Positions 1 through 7,941 of a DNA stretch of 24,000 bases are shown here, one piece after another. The notes beneath the pieces were generated by a model that was given only the letters and a program-made list of their open reading frames with translations, ran no database searches and had not been told where the DNA came from. Numbering within the stretch: the stretch's first letter is position 1; each line of letters opens with the position of its first letter. The stretch is from Carbonactinospora thermoautotrophica (lineage in GTDB: Bacteria; Actinomycetota; Actinomycetes; Streptomycetales; Carbonactinosporaceae): assembly GCF_001543895.1 (NCBI RefSeq), contig NZ_JYIJ01000011.1, positions 146,593-170,592 on the forward strand, in the 5' to 3' direction. Made by a program: the position numbers and the translations under genes.

Positions 1-52
1 GCGGCTGCTGGGCCGGTCTCGGTCCGGGCGCCGGAAGAGACTCGACCGGCGG

Positions 53-856
53 CTACGGGCCGGCGTCGCGCTGCAACTCGATGGCGTGACCGTTGCGGCG
101 GGCCGACTCCGATGCGCTGGCCTTACCCTGGGTGCGGACCAGGATCGAGGTGCGGTCGGCGCGGAACAGGTCGTGGGAGAACTCGAACGGCTCGCCGTCC
201 GCGGTCCGTGCCGTCCGCGTGATCGACAGCAGCGCGGACCCGGGCGCGATGTCCAGGATGGCGGCTTCGTCGGGGCCGGCCAGGACCACCTCGATGCGCT
301 CGGTCACCTCGGCCGGGGTCACGCTGTAGTGCTCCTCGAGCAGCTCGTACAGCGAGCCGCCCAGGGGGAGTTCGAGCAGGCCCGGGAAGCGCTCGGCCGG
401 TAGCCTGACCTCCTCGAGCGAGATCGGCACCCCGTCGGCCAGCCGCACGCGGACGATGTCGAGAACCAGCGCGCCGGGCTTGAGGTCGAGGCTGGCGACG
501 GTGGCCTCGTCGGCGGCGGCCATCGCGGCGCTGATCACCCGGGTACCCGCGGTGAAGCCCTGCCGGCGCAGGTACGCGGGCAGGCCCGCCACGCTCGACA
601 GGTCCCGCTCGATCTTCGGATGGCTCACGAAGGTGCCGCCGCCCCGGCCGGGGACGCGGCGGACGACGCCGGCCTGTTCGAGCGCGCTGAGCGCGTGCCG
701 CAGCGTGGAGCGGCTCACGCCCAGCTCGAGGGCGAGATCACGTTCGGAGCCCAGGCGCTGGCCAGGTTGCAGCACGCCGGAGTGGATCCGCTGCAGGATG
801 AGGCGCCGTACCTCGTCCACGGCGGTCTCGGCGGACTCCTTCGAAACGTCGTTCAT
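53..856 (-). CDS. GntR-family (HutC/UTRA subfamily) transcriptional regulator, probable regulator of the adjacent BMC operon
   Basis: ORF 53..946. The N-terminal winged-HTH signature 'LGSERDLALELGVSRSTLRHALSALEQAGVVRRVPGRGGGTFV' is followed by a ~150-aa UTRA-like effector domain. The ATG at 854-856 (MNDVSKE...) is preferred over the GTG at 946 because the 30 extra codons do not look family-like. Confidence 0.85.
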   Translation of the reverse strand: MNDVSKESAETAVDEVRRLILQRIHSGVLQPGQRLGSERDLALELGVSRSTLRHALSALEQAGVVRRVPGRGGGTFVSHPKIERDLSSVAGLPAYLRRQGFTAGTRVISAAMAAADEATVASLDLKPGALVLDIVRVRLADGVPISLEEVRLPAERFPGLLELPLGGSLYELLEEHYSVTPAEVTERIEVVLAGPDEAAILDIAPGSALLSITRTARTADGEPFEFSHDLFRADRTSILVRTQGKASASESARRNGHAIELQRDAGP

Positions 857-911
857 CACCCCACCCGCGGGCTCGTCGCCGTCCACCACGCCGCCAAGTG
901 TACCCGGGGGC

Positions 912-930
912 TGACCGATCTGGTCATACC
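912..930. promoter_or_regulatory. Candidate GntR/HutC operator (TGACCGATCTGGTCATACC) upstream of the regulator gene
   Basis: It lies 56-74 bp upstream of the gntR ATG. TGACC/GGTCA are inverted arms. It shares the pattern TGAC-N5-TGGTC-N2-ACC (12/19 identical) with the site at 8022-8040. Confidence 0.35.
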
Positions 931-982
931 GAACGGCGCATCGCACCGAACCGATTGGCCGGAATCGGTCTGTTTCAGCGGA

Positions 983-1753
983 TCATGCCAGTGCCATCGC
1001 CGACTCGGGGAGAACCTGCCCGCCGTCCACCACGATGGCCTGGCCGGTGATGTACGCGGCCTCGTCGGTCGCCAGGAACAGCGCGACGTTGGCGATGTCG
1101 TCCACCGAACCGAGCCGCTTCATCGGCACCGACTGCTCCATCTGCCGCAGGTAGTCCTCCCCCAGGTCGGCGAGCCCCTCGGTGAGCACGTTGCCGGGCA
1201 GGATCGCGTTGACGGTCACGCCCTTGCCCGCCAGCTCGATCGCGGCGGTCCGGACGAACCCGAGCTGACCGGCCTTGCTCGCGCCGTAGTGGGCCCAACC
1301 CGGGTACCCGGTGATCGGCCCGGTGATCGACGAGGTGACGATCACCCGGCCGTGCCCCGACGCCTCCAGCGCCGGCAGGCACGCCCGCACCGACAGGATC
1401 GTGCCCTTGAGGTTCGTCCCGAGCACGGTGTCGATTTCCTCGACGGTCATGGTCGCCAGCGGAGCCTCGGGGAAGATCCCGGCGTTGGCGCACAGCACGT
1501 CGATGCCGCCGTGCCGCTCGCCCGCGACGGCCGCGACGCGGGCGCAGTCCTCCTCGCGGGAGACGTCGGCCGCGGTCGCCGACACCTCCCCGTAGGCCCG
1601 CAGCTCCTCGGCCGCCGCCTCGGCGACCGCCTTGTCGCGGGCGACCAGCAGGACCCGCGCGCCCGCGCGGGCGAAGGCGCGCGCGATGCCCTTGCCGATG
1701 CCCTTGCTACCCCCGGTGACGACGACCGACCGGCCCGTGAGCGGAGTGAACAC
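983..1753 (-). CDS. Short-chain dehydrogenase/reductase (SDR); by locus context the aminoacetone <-> 1-amino-2-propanol dehydrogenase
   Basis: 256-aa ORF with the Rossmann motif '[11 protein letters not shown]' and the catalytic 'YGASKAG' (YxxxK). The GTG start at 1753 follows AGGAGG. Confidence 0.9.
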   Translation of the reverse strand: MFTPLTGRSVVVTGGSKGIGKGIARAFARAGARVLLVARDKAVAEAAAEELRAYGEVSATAADVSREEDCARVAAVAGERHGGIDVLCANAGIFPEAPLATMTVEEIDTVLGTNLKGTILSVRACLPALEASGHGRVIVTSSITGPITGYPGWAHYGASKAGQLGFVRTAAIELAGKGVTVNAILPGNVLTEGLADLGEDYLRQMEQSVPMKRLGSVDDIANVALFLATDEAAYITGQAIVVDGGQVLPESAMALA

Positions 1754-1775
1754 ACCAGCCTCCTGAAGGAATCGT

Positions 1776-2771
1776 TCAGCCGAACTCGGCCAGGTACTTG
1801 TCGGCCAGGTCGCAGGTGACCCGGCTGAAATCCGCGCCCTGGGAGCGGGCCAGATCGGTGTCGGCGTGTGACCCGATCCAGGCGACCAACAGCAGGCGCC
1901 GGAGCATGACGAAGGTGGGGATCTCGGCCTCCTCCTCGGCCGAGAGGGGCAGCACGCGCCGGTACCCAGTGAGCCAGGAGTCCACCAGCTCCGGGACCTG
2001 CGGGTAGTGCTCGATGAAGCTGAGCGCGGTGGCGAGGTCGTACAGGTACCAGCTGAAACCGCAGTCGTCGAAGTCGATCACGTACGTGTCGTCGCCGTGG
2101 ACGAGCAGGTTGGCCAGCCGCATGTCGGCGTGCACGAGGCCGAACCGGCCCGGTGTCTGGCCGAAGGCACGCAGTCGCCGCTCGATCACCGCGGCGAGCC
2201 GGTCCAGCACCGCGTGCTCGTCCGGGCCGATGCCGAGGCCGTCCTGCCAGCGCCCCCAGCGCGGCGCCTCCCCGAGGGTGTGGCGGTAGTCCCAGGTGAA
2301 CCGCGTGAACCCGGTCGGGCGGCGCCAGCTCCGGGAGTGCCGGTGCATCCGGGCGGTGATCTCGCCCAACCCGGCGAACGCCTCCACCAGTCGGTCCTCC
2401 GGCGGCTCGGTTCCGGGCAGGTGTTCGAACAGCACGCAGAAGCGCGTGTCGTCCCCGCGCGGGTGGCGGGCCTGGACGACCAGGTCGCCGTCCCGGCTCG
2501 GCACGGCGGCCGGCGTGCGGACCCCGGCCTCCTCACGCAGCGCGGCGCTCCACGCCAGCTCGGAGTAGATGCCGCCACGGGTGTGGTAGCCGGTCCGGTG
2601 CACCCGCAGCACGTTCCGCCGGCCGGTCGCGGCGTCCTCGACCAGGAAGGTCGCGTTCTCGGAGATGTTGAGCAGGCTCAGCCGCGCGTCCGGGGAGACG
2701 TCGTAGTGCGCCAGCGCGGCGCGCGCGATCAGCTCCAGGTCCGCCGGCCCGGTGGGTTCGTGGCTGCCCAT
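1776..2771 (-). CDS. APH/choline-kinase-fold phosphotransferase; by context 1-amino-2-propanol kinase
   Basis: 331 aa with the catalytic loop '[11 protein letters not shown]' (HxDxxxxN) and the metal-binding 'VIDFDDCG'. The ATG at 2771 is preceded by GAGGAGG. Confidence 0.85.
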   Translation of the reverse strand: MGSHEPTGPADLELIARAALAHYDVSPDARLSLLNISENATFLVEDAATGRRNVLRVHRTGYHTRGGIYSELAWSAALREEAGVRTPAAVPSRDGDLVVQARHPRGDDTRFCVLFEHLPGTEPPEDRLVEAFAGLGEITARMHRHSRSWRRPTGFTRFTWDYRHTLGEAPRWGRWQDGLGIGPDEHAVLDRLAAVIERRLRAFGQTPGRFGLVHADMRLANLLVHGDDTYVIDFDDCGFSWYLYDLATALSFIEHYPQVPELVDSWLTGYRRVLPLSAEEEAEIPTFVMLRRLLLVAWIGSHADTDLARSQGADFSRVTCDLADKYLAEFG

Positions 2772-2786
2772 GCGACCTCCTCGGGC

Positions 2787-3497
2787 TCAGTGCTCGCGCC
2801 CCTCGATCGAGGAGAGGACGCGGGTGATCTCGTCGCGGGCGCGCAGGACGCCCTCGGTCGTGCCGCTGATGTATATCCGTCCCGCCGCGCCGATCATCTG
2901 CACGTCCACGAGCGTGTTCTCCGGCGCGACCTTCTCCGCCTCGTTCGCGGCCACGGCGGCGAACAGGGCCGGGGTCATCTCGTAGACGAGCAGTGTCTCG
3001 CCGGGCATCACCATCGAGGCCTGGCGGTTGCGGTTGACGATGACCGCGTGCTGGTCGGTGATGTCCTCGATGACGTCCGAGTACAGGATCCGGGGCTTGA
3101 GCTGGTCGGTGGGGCTGCAGCCGATGCCCGCGAGGATCGCCTCACCGGCCCGCCGCACGTCGTCGGCGTCGAAGCTGTGCAACTCCAGCACGCCGAACTG
3201 CCGCTCGACGAACAGGATTCCCGGCTCTACCGACGGCACCGACTTCAGTGCCAGGTCGATCACCCGCTCGATCGCGAGCCCTGGAGCCACCTCGACGATG
3301 AGCGCATGGCTGCCCTCCAACGGAGGGTAGCCCCGGGCCCGCGTCGGCGTACCCATGTACGCGGCGAACTGGCGGCGCAGGTCGTGCAGCGGCAGGTAGA
3401 CCCGCAGCTCGGTCCGGGTGCCGGTCGCCGGCGGGGCGGCGCCATCGCCGCGCCCGGCCGCTGCCCGCCTGGCCGGCGCCTTCGTCGTGCCGGCCAT
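2787..3497 (-). CDS. BMC shell protein, tandem/permuted BMC-domain type (BMC-T-like), with an N-terminal Ala/Arg/Gly/Pro-rich extension
   Basis: 236 aa and clearly paralogous to ORF 4491..5096 ('IVEVAPGLAIERVIDLALK...ILFVERQFGVLELHS...LVYEMTPA...ANEAEK' vs 'IIEVAPGLDIEPLTDVALK...ILVVERQFGYLEIHS...FVLEMQPA...TNEAEK'). It is flanked by BMC-H. Its start lies 1 nt after the BMC-H stop. Confidence 0.8.
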   Translation of the reverse strand: MAGTTKAPARRAAAGRGDGAAPPATGTRTELRVYLPLHDLRRQFAAYMGTPTRARGYPPLEGSHALIVEVAPGLAIERVIDLALKSVPSVEPGILFVERQFGVLELHSFDADDVRRAGEAILAGIGCSPTDQLKPRILYSDVIEDITDQHAVIVNRNRQASMVMPGETLLVYEMTPALFAAVAANEAEKVAPENTLVDVQMIGAAGRIYISGTTEGVLRARDEITRVLSSIEGREH

Positions 3498-3498
3498 G

Positions 3499-3780
3499 TC
3501 AGGACGCGGAGCCGTGGAAGTGGTTGGACAGCTCGCTGTGCGGACGCGGGATGACGTGCACCGACACCAGCTCGCCCACGGACGAGGCGGTCTCGGCGCC
3601 GGCCTCGGTGGCGGCCTTGACCGCGCCCACGTCGCCCTTGATCACGACGGCGACCAGGCCGTCGCCGACCTGCTCACGGGCCACGATCGTGACGTTCGCG
3701 GCCTTGACCATGGCGTCGGCGGCGGCGAGCGCGGCGACGTATCCCTTGGTCTCGATCATGCCGATGGCGTTGCTGGACAT
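3499..3780 (-). CDS. BMC-H hexameric shell protein (PduA/EutM/CcmK fold, Pfam00936-type)
   Basis: 93 aa. '[26 protein letters not shown]...[23 protein letters not shown]' is a canonical BMC-domain sequence. Confidence 0.95.
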   Translation of the reverse strand: MSSNAIGMIETKGYVAALAAADAMVKAANVTIVAREQVGDGLVAVVIKGDVGAVKAATEAGAETASSVGELVSVHVIPRPHSELSNHFHGSAS

Positions 3781-3781
3781 C

Positions 3782-4045
3782 TCACTTCTCCTTCGGTTCG
3801 GCCGACACCGGCTCGTCGATCGAGCCGATGATCAGCGCGTCAATCGGGGGGTGGTTCGGCAGCCAGGACGAGGCGACCGACCCCTGGGCGACCAGGACCC
3901 GCTCGCCTACGCCGCTGCCGAGGACGTCGAACGCGACCAGTCGACTGCCGGACCCGTCGACCTCGACCTCCAGGAACGCGCCGCCCGGGATCCCGTCGAC
4001 CCGCTTGGTCGACCACACCGGGGCGACGACCGTCGCCCGCAGCAT
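3782..4045 (-). CDS. BMC-P pentameric vertex protein (EutN/CcmL family)
   Basis: 87 aa. '[29 protein letters not shown]...[25 protein letters not shown]' matches the EutN/CcmL pattern. Its ATG shares 1 nt with the upstream stop (TGATG). Confidence 0.9.
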   Translation of the reverse strand: MLRATVVAPVWSTKRVDGIPGGAFLEVEVDGSGSRLVAFDVLGSGVGERVLVAQGSVASSWLPNHPPIDALIIGSIDEPVSAEPKEK

Positions 4046-4494
4046 CAGGCCTCCTTCTCGATCGGTACCCGCAGCGCCCGGGCCCGCTCGCGGGCCAGGG
4101 GCGTGATCACCGCACGCCGGCCGAGCACCAGGCGCGCTCCCTCCTTCGCCGCGGCGACCACGGTGGACTCGGTGACCGCGCCGCGCTCGACGCGCCGCAC
4201 GGCCGGGAGGCGAGGTGCGGCAGGTTCTTCCTGTGTGGGTTCTGCCTGTGTGGGCGCTGGGCCGGTCAGCCGGAAGCGCAGCCGCCCGGTCCGCACCGCC
4301 TCGCGGCGTGCGGGGTCCTCGTACAGCTCCAGCAGCCGCAGCACGAAGGCGTGCAGGTCCGCGTCGTCGGCGATGGTCACCGGCTCGACGCGAGGCTCGG
4401 CTGCGGAGACGCTCCGGACCACCTCGGGCAGGACCTCGCGCAGCACCTGGCGGATGACGGAGCGCAGCGCGTCGCGGTCGACCGGAGCGGTCAT
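4045..4494 (-). CDS. Hypothetical 149-aa BMC-associated protein (amphipathic N-terminal helix, PTQxE-repeat linker, small C-terminal domain)
   Basis: This is the last 149 codons of ORF 4045..5043. The ATG at 4494 overlaps the upstream BMC-T stop as ATGA. GC3 is high. It sits between two shell genes. No family was recognised with certainty. Confidence 0.7.
   Translation of the reverse strand: MTAPVDRDALRSVIRQVLREVLPEVVRSVSAAEPRVEPVTIADDADLHAFVLRLLELYEDPARREAVRTGRLRFRLTGPAPTQAEPTQEEPAAPRLPAVRRVERGAVTESTVVAAAKEGARLVLGRRAVITPLARERARALRVPIEKEA
4223..4252. repeat. 15-bp tandem duplication (14/15 identical) encoding PTQAE-PTQEE in the 149-aa protein linker
   Basis: ggttcttcctgtgtg / ggttctgcctgtgtg read directly from the sequence. 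Confidence 0.9.
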
Positions 4495-5096
4495 TCCAGC
4501 CTCCGCAGTGCCGTCTCGGCCGCCTCGGCGGCCATCCGGACGTCGGACTCGCGTCCGCTCAGGTACACCCGGCCGGTGGCGCCCATCATCCGGTAGTCCA
4601 CGACCTTGATCTGGGCCGCCTTCTCCGCCTCGTTGGTGGCGAGGATCGCGTACGAGGCGGGCTGCATCTCCAGCACGAACAGCGATTCGTGCGGGAGGAT
4701 CATCGATCCGGCCTTGTTCCTGTTGATCAGGAACGCGTGCAGGTGGTCGACGCTGCTGATGATCTTGGATGCGAGGATCTTCGGCCGGGTGGCGTCCTCC
4801 TCGCTCACGCCGAGCGTCTCCAGCACGGCGGCGCTGGCGCTGCGCACCGCGGCGGTCGACCGGGAGTGGATCTCCAGGTAGCCGAACTGCCGTTCGACCA
4901 CCAGGATCCCGGCCTGGACTTGGGCGTGCTTGAGCGCGACGTCGGTGAGCGGCTCGATGTCCAGCCCGGGGGCGACCTCGATGATCTGCGCGGCCATGTT
5001 GGTGCGCGGCAGGCTGCCCCGGATCCAGGTGCCGAGATAGCACATGGTCTGCGGCTGGAGCTGGTCGATGAAAATGAACGAGCGCAGTTCGGCCAT
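4491..5096 (-). CDS. BMC shell protein, tandem/permuted BMC-domain type (BMC-T-like)
   Basis: 201 aa and a paralog of 2787..3497. The ATG at 5096 lies 2 nt after the aldehyde dehydrogenase stop. Confidence 0.85.
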   Translation of the reverse strand: MAELRSFIFIDQLQPQTMCYLGTWIRGSLPRTNMAAQIIEVAPGLDIEPLTDVALKHAQVQAGILVVERQFGYLEIHSRSTAAVRSASAAVLETLGVSEEDATRPKILASKIISSVDHLHAFLINRNKAGSMILPHESLFVLEMQPASYAILATNEAEKAAQIKVVDYRMMGATGRVYLSGRESDVRMAAEAAETALRRLE

Positions 5097-5098
5097 GG

Positions 5099-6655
5099 TC
5101 AGACCTTGATCAGCTCGCGCAGTTCCTCGATGACCAGCCGCCGGATCTCCTCGCGGAGAACCGAGAGCTCATCGGGAGCCGCGGGGGACGGGACGGGATC
5201 CGCGGCCGGCCCCCCAGCGTGGCCGCGGGCGTTCGAGGCCACCGGGTACGGCGGCATCGGGACCGGCTGCGGCGGGTACGTCTGCCACGGCTGCAGCCCG
5301 GAGAAGTCGCCGAACGGCACGGCGGCGTCGGCGTTGTACGCGATCCGGGTCCAGTTGACCAGGTGCTCCGGGCGCAGGTTCTCCCCGACCGAGCTGCGGC
5401 CGAGGAACCCGGTGCCGATCGTCATCGACGGCGCCAGGTGGGTGTCGAAGCCCGCGCTGCCGGTGCTCGACCCCACGTTGACCGCGACCCGCAGCACGTC
5501 CACGGCCGCCGCGTACGCCATGATCGTGCGCGGGTCCGTGGAGTGGATCGCCGCGGAGTGGCCAGCGCCGCCGATCCGCAGGATTGCCCGGCTGGCCCGG
5601 ATGCCGCGCTCCACGGTCGGCACCCGCAGCACGGCGAGCACGGGGCACAGCTTCTCGTGCGCCAGCGGCTCCTCAGGCACGGCCAGCTCGATCGGAGCGA
5701 GCAGCACCCGGGTCCGCGGGGAGACCTGGATGCCGGCCTGCTGGGCGATCCAGCCGGCGTCCTTGCCGACGGCGGCGGTGTTGAAGTGCCCGTCCGGGAA
5801 CAGGAACTCCCGCAGCCGGTCGCGCTCGGCCGGCGTGGCGAGGTAGGCGCCCTCGGCCTCCAGGTGGCGCAGGAACGCGTCGGCCGCCTTGTCCTCGACG
5901 ACCAGCACCGACTCGTTGGTGCACAGCACCGAGTTGTCGAAGCTCTTGCTGTCGACCAGCCGCTTCGCGGCCGCCGGCAGGTCGGCCGTGGCGTCCACGA
6001 GCACCGGCGCGTTGCCCGGGCCGACCCCGATCGCCGGGTTGCCCGACCGGTAGGCGGCGCGCACCACGGCCGTGCCGCCGGTGGCCAGGATCACGTCCAC
6101 CCGGTCATCGCCCATCACGGCGTTGATCAGCGGGATCGACGGCTGGTCGATCACCTGGACCACCCCGTCCGGGGCGCCCGCCTGGTACGCGGCGGCGGCC
6201 AGCGTCCGCGCCGCGTCGGCGCAGCATTCGCGGGCCATCGGGTGCGGGCTGATGATGATCGCGTTGCGCGTCATCAGCGCCAGCAGGACCTTGAAGTACA
6301 CGGTCGAGACCGGGTTGGTCGACGGGGTGAGCGCGAACACGATCCCCGCCGGCCGGGGCACCTCGACGAGCTTGCGCCCGGCGTCGATCCGCGCGCTGAC
6401 CAGGTCGGTGTCCGCGTAGTGCTCGGCCAGGCCGCGCGAGCACAGCTCGTTCTTGAGCCGCTTGTGCTCGACGACCCCGAAGCCGGTCTCCCGGACCGCC
6501 CACTCCGCGTAGTGCTGGGCCTTCGCGTACGCGACGTCCGCCACCGCCTGGACGATGCGCCGGACCCGCTCCCGGTCGTACCGGGCGAAGGCCGCCGCCG
6601 CCCATTCGGCGCGCTGCAGCATCAGCCGGGCCCGCTCCAGGGCCGCGTCGGTCAT
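5099..6655 (-). CDS. CoA-acylating aldehyde dehydrogenase (PduP/EutE-like) with a C-terminal encapsulation peptide
   Basis: 518 aa taken from the internal ATG at 6655 (MTDAALERAR...), which overlaps the upstream stop as ATGA. The catalytic Cys context is 'KSFDNSVLCTNES'. A Pro-rich linker is followed by the amphipathic tail 'ELSVLREEIRRLVIEELRELIKV'. The 28 Arg/Gly-rich codons upstream in ORF 5099..6739 are rejected. Confidence 0.9.
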   Translation of the reverse strand: MTDAALERARLMLQRAEWAAAAFARYDRERVRRIVQAVADVAYAKAQHYAEWAVRETGFGVVEHKRLKNELCSRGLAEHYADTDLVSARIDAGRKLVEVPRPAGIVFALTPSTNPVSTVYFKVLLALMTRNAIIISPHPMARECCADAARTLAAAAYQAGAPDGVVQVIDQPSIPLINAVMGDDRVDVILATGGTAVVRAAYRSGNPAIGVGPGNAPVLVDATADLPAAAKRLVDSKSFDNSVLCTNESVLVVEDKAADAFLRHLEAEGAYLATPAERDRLREFLFPDGHFNTAAVGKDAGWIAQQAGIQVSPRTRVLLAPIELAVPEEPLAHEKLCPVLAVLRVPTVERGIRASRAILRIGGAGHSAAIHSTDPRTIMAYAAAVDVLRVAVNVGSSTGSAGFDTHLAPSMTIGTGFLGRSSVGENLRPEHLVNWTRIAYNADAAVPFGDFSGLQPWQTYPPQPVPMPPYPVASNARGHAGGPAADPVPSPAAPDELSVLREEIRRLVIEELRELIKV

Positions 6656-7941
6656 CGAACACCCCCTCCCACCAGGCCGGCGACCTCCCGCCGCGCGACG
6701 GCGACCGCGACGTCGAGGCGGTCGAGGATCTCTTCGCACAGCCGCGGGTCGAGCAGGATGCCGGGCTTGAACTGCAGCACCCGGGGGTCGAGCGTCGAGA
6801 AGATCGCCCAGACCCCGTTGTCGTACAGGGCCTTCATCACGTAGTTGGCGCCGCGCGGGTGGTCGAATTCCAGGCCCATGACAACCCCGTCCTGGCGGAT
6901 GCCGACGAAGAAGTCCGGGTACCGGGCCTGGATCTCGGCGAGCCCCCGGCCCAGCAGGTCGGCGATGTAGTGCACCATCGAGCGGACCTCGGGCCGCTGG
7001 CAGATCTCGATCACCTTGAGACCGACCACGCAGCCCAGCTCGGCGCCACCCATCGTCGACATGTGGGCGAATCCGTCCTTGGTCAGCCAGCCGGCGCAGC
7101 GCTCGCTCACCACGACGCAGGCCAGCGGGTACATGCCGCCGGAGATGCCCTTGCCGATGACGAGCAGGTCAGGCTCGACGTCGTGCTTGGTGATCCCCCA
7201 CATCTCGCCGGTGCGCATGAGCCCGGTCTGCACCTCGTCGGCGATGTAGAGCGCGTCGTACGTCTCGCAGAGCCGCTTGACCTCTCGCAGGTAGCCGGGG
7301 TTCGGCAGTGGAAAGCCGTACGTCGCGGGGATCGTCTCCAGGATCACGGCGGCGACGTCGCGCCCGCGCAGGGCGGCCTCCATCGCGGCCAGGTCGTTGA
7401 ACGGCACGTGCACGAACTCGTCCGGCCGGTCGGCCAGGAAGATCTTCGAGAACCGGTCGTCGCCCAGGCCGACCGCGAGCCCGGTGTGCCCGTGGTACGC
7501 CTTGATGATCGACACGATCTTGCGCTTGCCGGTCACGTGACGGGCGGTCTTGAGGGCGATGTCGACGGCCTCGCCGCCACCGCTGGCGTAGATCACCTTG
7601 CTCATGTTCGGCGGGCACGCCTTGACCAGCGCCTCGGCGAGCGCCGTGCGGGCGAGCGACGGGAAGTGGTGGTTGCCGATGTCGAACCGCTCCATCGCGA
7701 CCCGCAGGGCCTCCACCAGCTCCGGGTTGCGGTGGCCGAGGTTGTAGGTGCCGCCGTTGAGGTGGACGTCGATGAGCCGCTTGCCCGACATGTCGTACAG
7801 GAAGTAGCCCTCGCGCCGGTCGATGACCAGGTCGACCCCGGAGTCGATCCAGTGCTGGGTCTTTCCCGGGTTCCAGTAGGCCTTCGCCTTGTCGAGGACC
7901 TCGCCCTTGGAGGCGAACGAGAAGAAGCCGTAGTCGTGCAT
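6652..7941 (-). CDS. Class-III (PLP) aminotransferase-fold enzyme; by context 1-amino-2-propanol O-phosphate phospho-lyase
   Basis: 429 aa with typical class-III AT blocks ('IKAYHGHTGLAVG', 'LYIADEVQTGLMRTG', PLP-Lys context 'LLVIGKGISGG'). It is the first gene of the minus-strand operon. Confidence 0.9.
   Translation of the reverse strand: MHDYGFFSFASKGEVLDKAKAYWNPGKTQHWIDSGVDLVIDRREGYFLYDMSGKRLIDVHLNGGTYNLGHRNPELVEALRVAMERFDIGNHHFPSLARTALAEALVKACPPNMSKVIYASGGGEAVDIALKTARHVTGKRKIVSIIKAYHGHTGLAVGLGDDRFSKIFLADRPDEFVHVPFNDLAAMEAALRGRDVAAVILETIPATYGFPLPNPGYLREVKRLCETYDALYIADEVQTGLMRTGEMWGITKHDVEPDLLVIGKGISGGMYPLACVVVSERCAGWLTKDGFAHMSTMGGAELGCVVGLKVIEICQRPEVRSMVHYIADLLGRGLAEIQARYPDFFVGIRQDGVVMGLEFDHPRGANYVMKALYDNGVWAIFSTLDPRVLQFKPGILLDPRLCEEILDRLDVAVAVARREVAGLVGGGVR

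Noticed and set aside
950-969. Hairpin ACCGATT-GGCCGG-AATCGGT just downstream of the SDR stop, considered as an intrinsic terminator
   Set aside because: It has only a 7-bp stem and no U-tract on the minus-strand transcript. It could equally be part of the gntR promoter region, so it is not called.
620-1819. 399-aa plus-strand ORF spanning the gntR/SDR region
   Set aside because: It lies antisense to two well-supported genes and its translation is Arg/Gly/His/Asp-rich low complexity with no family motif. This is a typical shadow ORF of high-GC DNA.
4495-5043. Upstream 183 codons of ORF 4045..5043 (a 332-aa reading)
   Set aside because: This part overlaps the BMC-T gene 4491..5096 in another frame and is Arg/Gly/Asp junk. 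The real gene starts at the ATG at 4494, which is ATGA-coupled to the BMC-T stop.
6656-6739. N-terminal extension of the aldehyde dehydrogenase ORF (MRRDPRPPRRRGRRR...)
   Set aside because: It is an Arg-rich tract overlapping the 3' end of the aminotransferase gene. The internal ATG at 6655 gives a family-like N-terminus and ATGA coupling.
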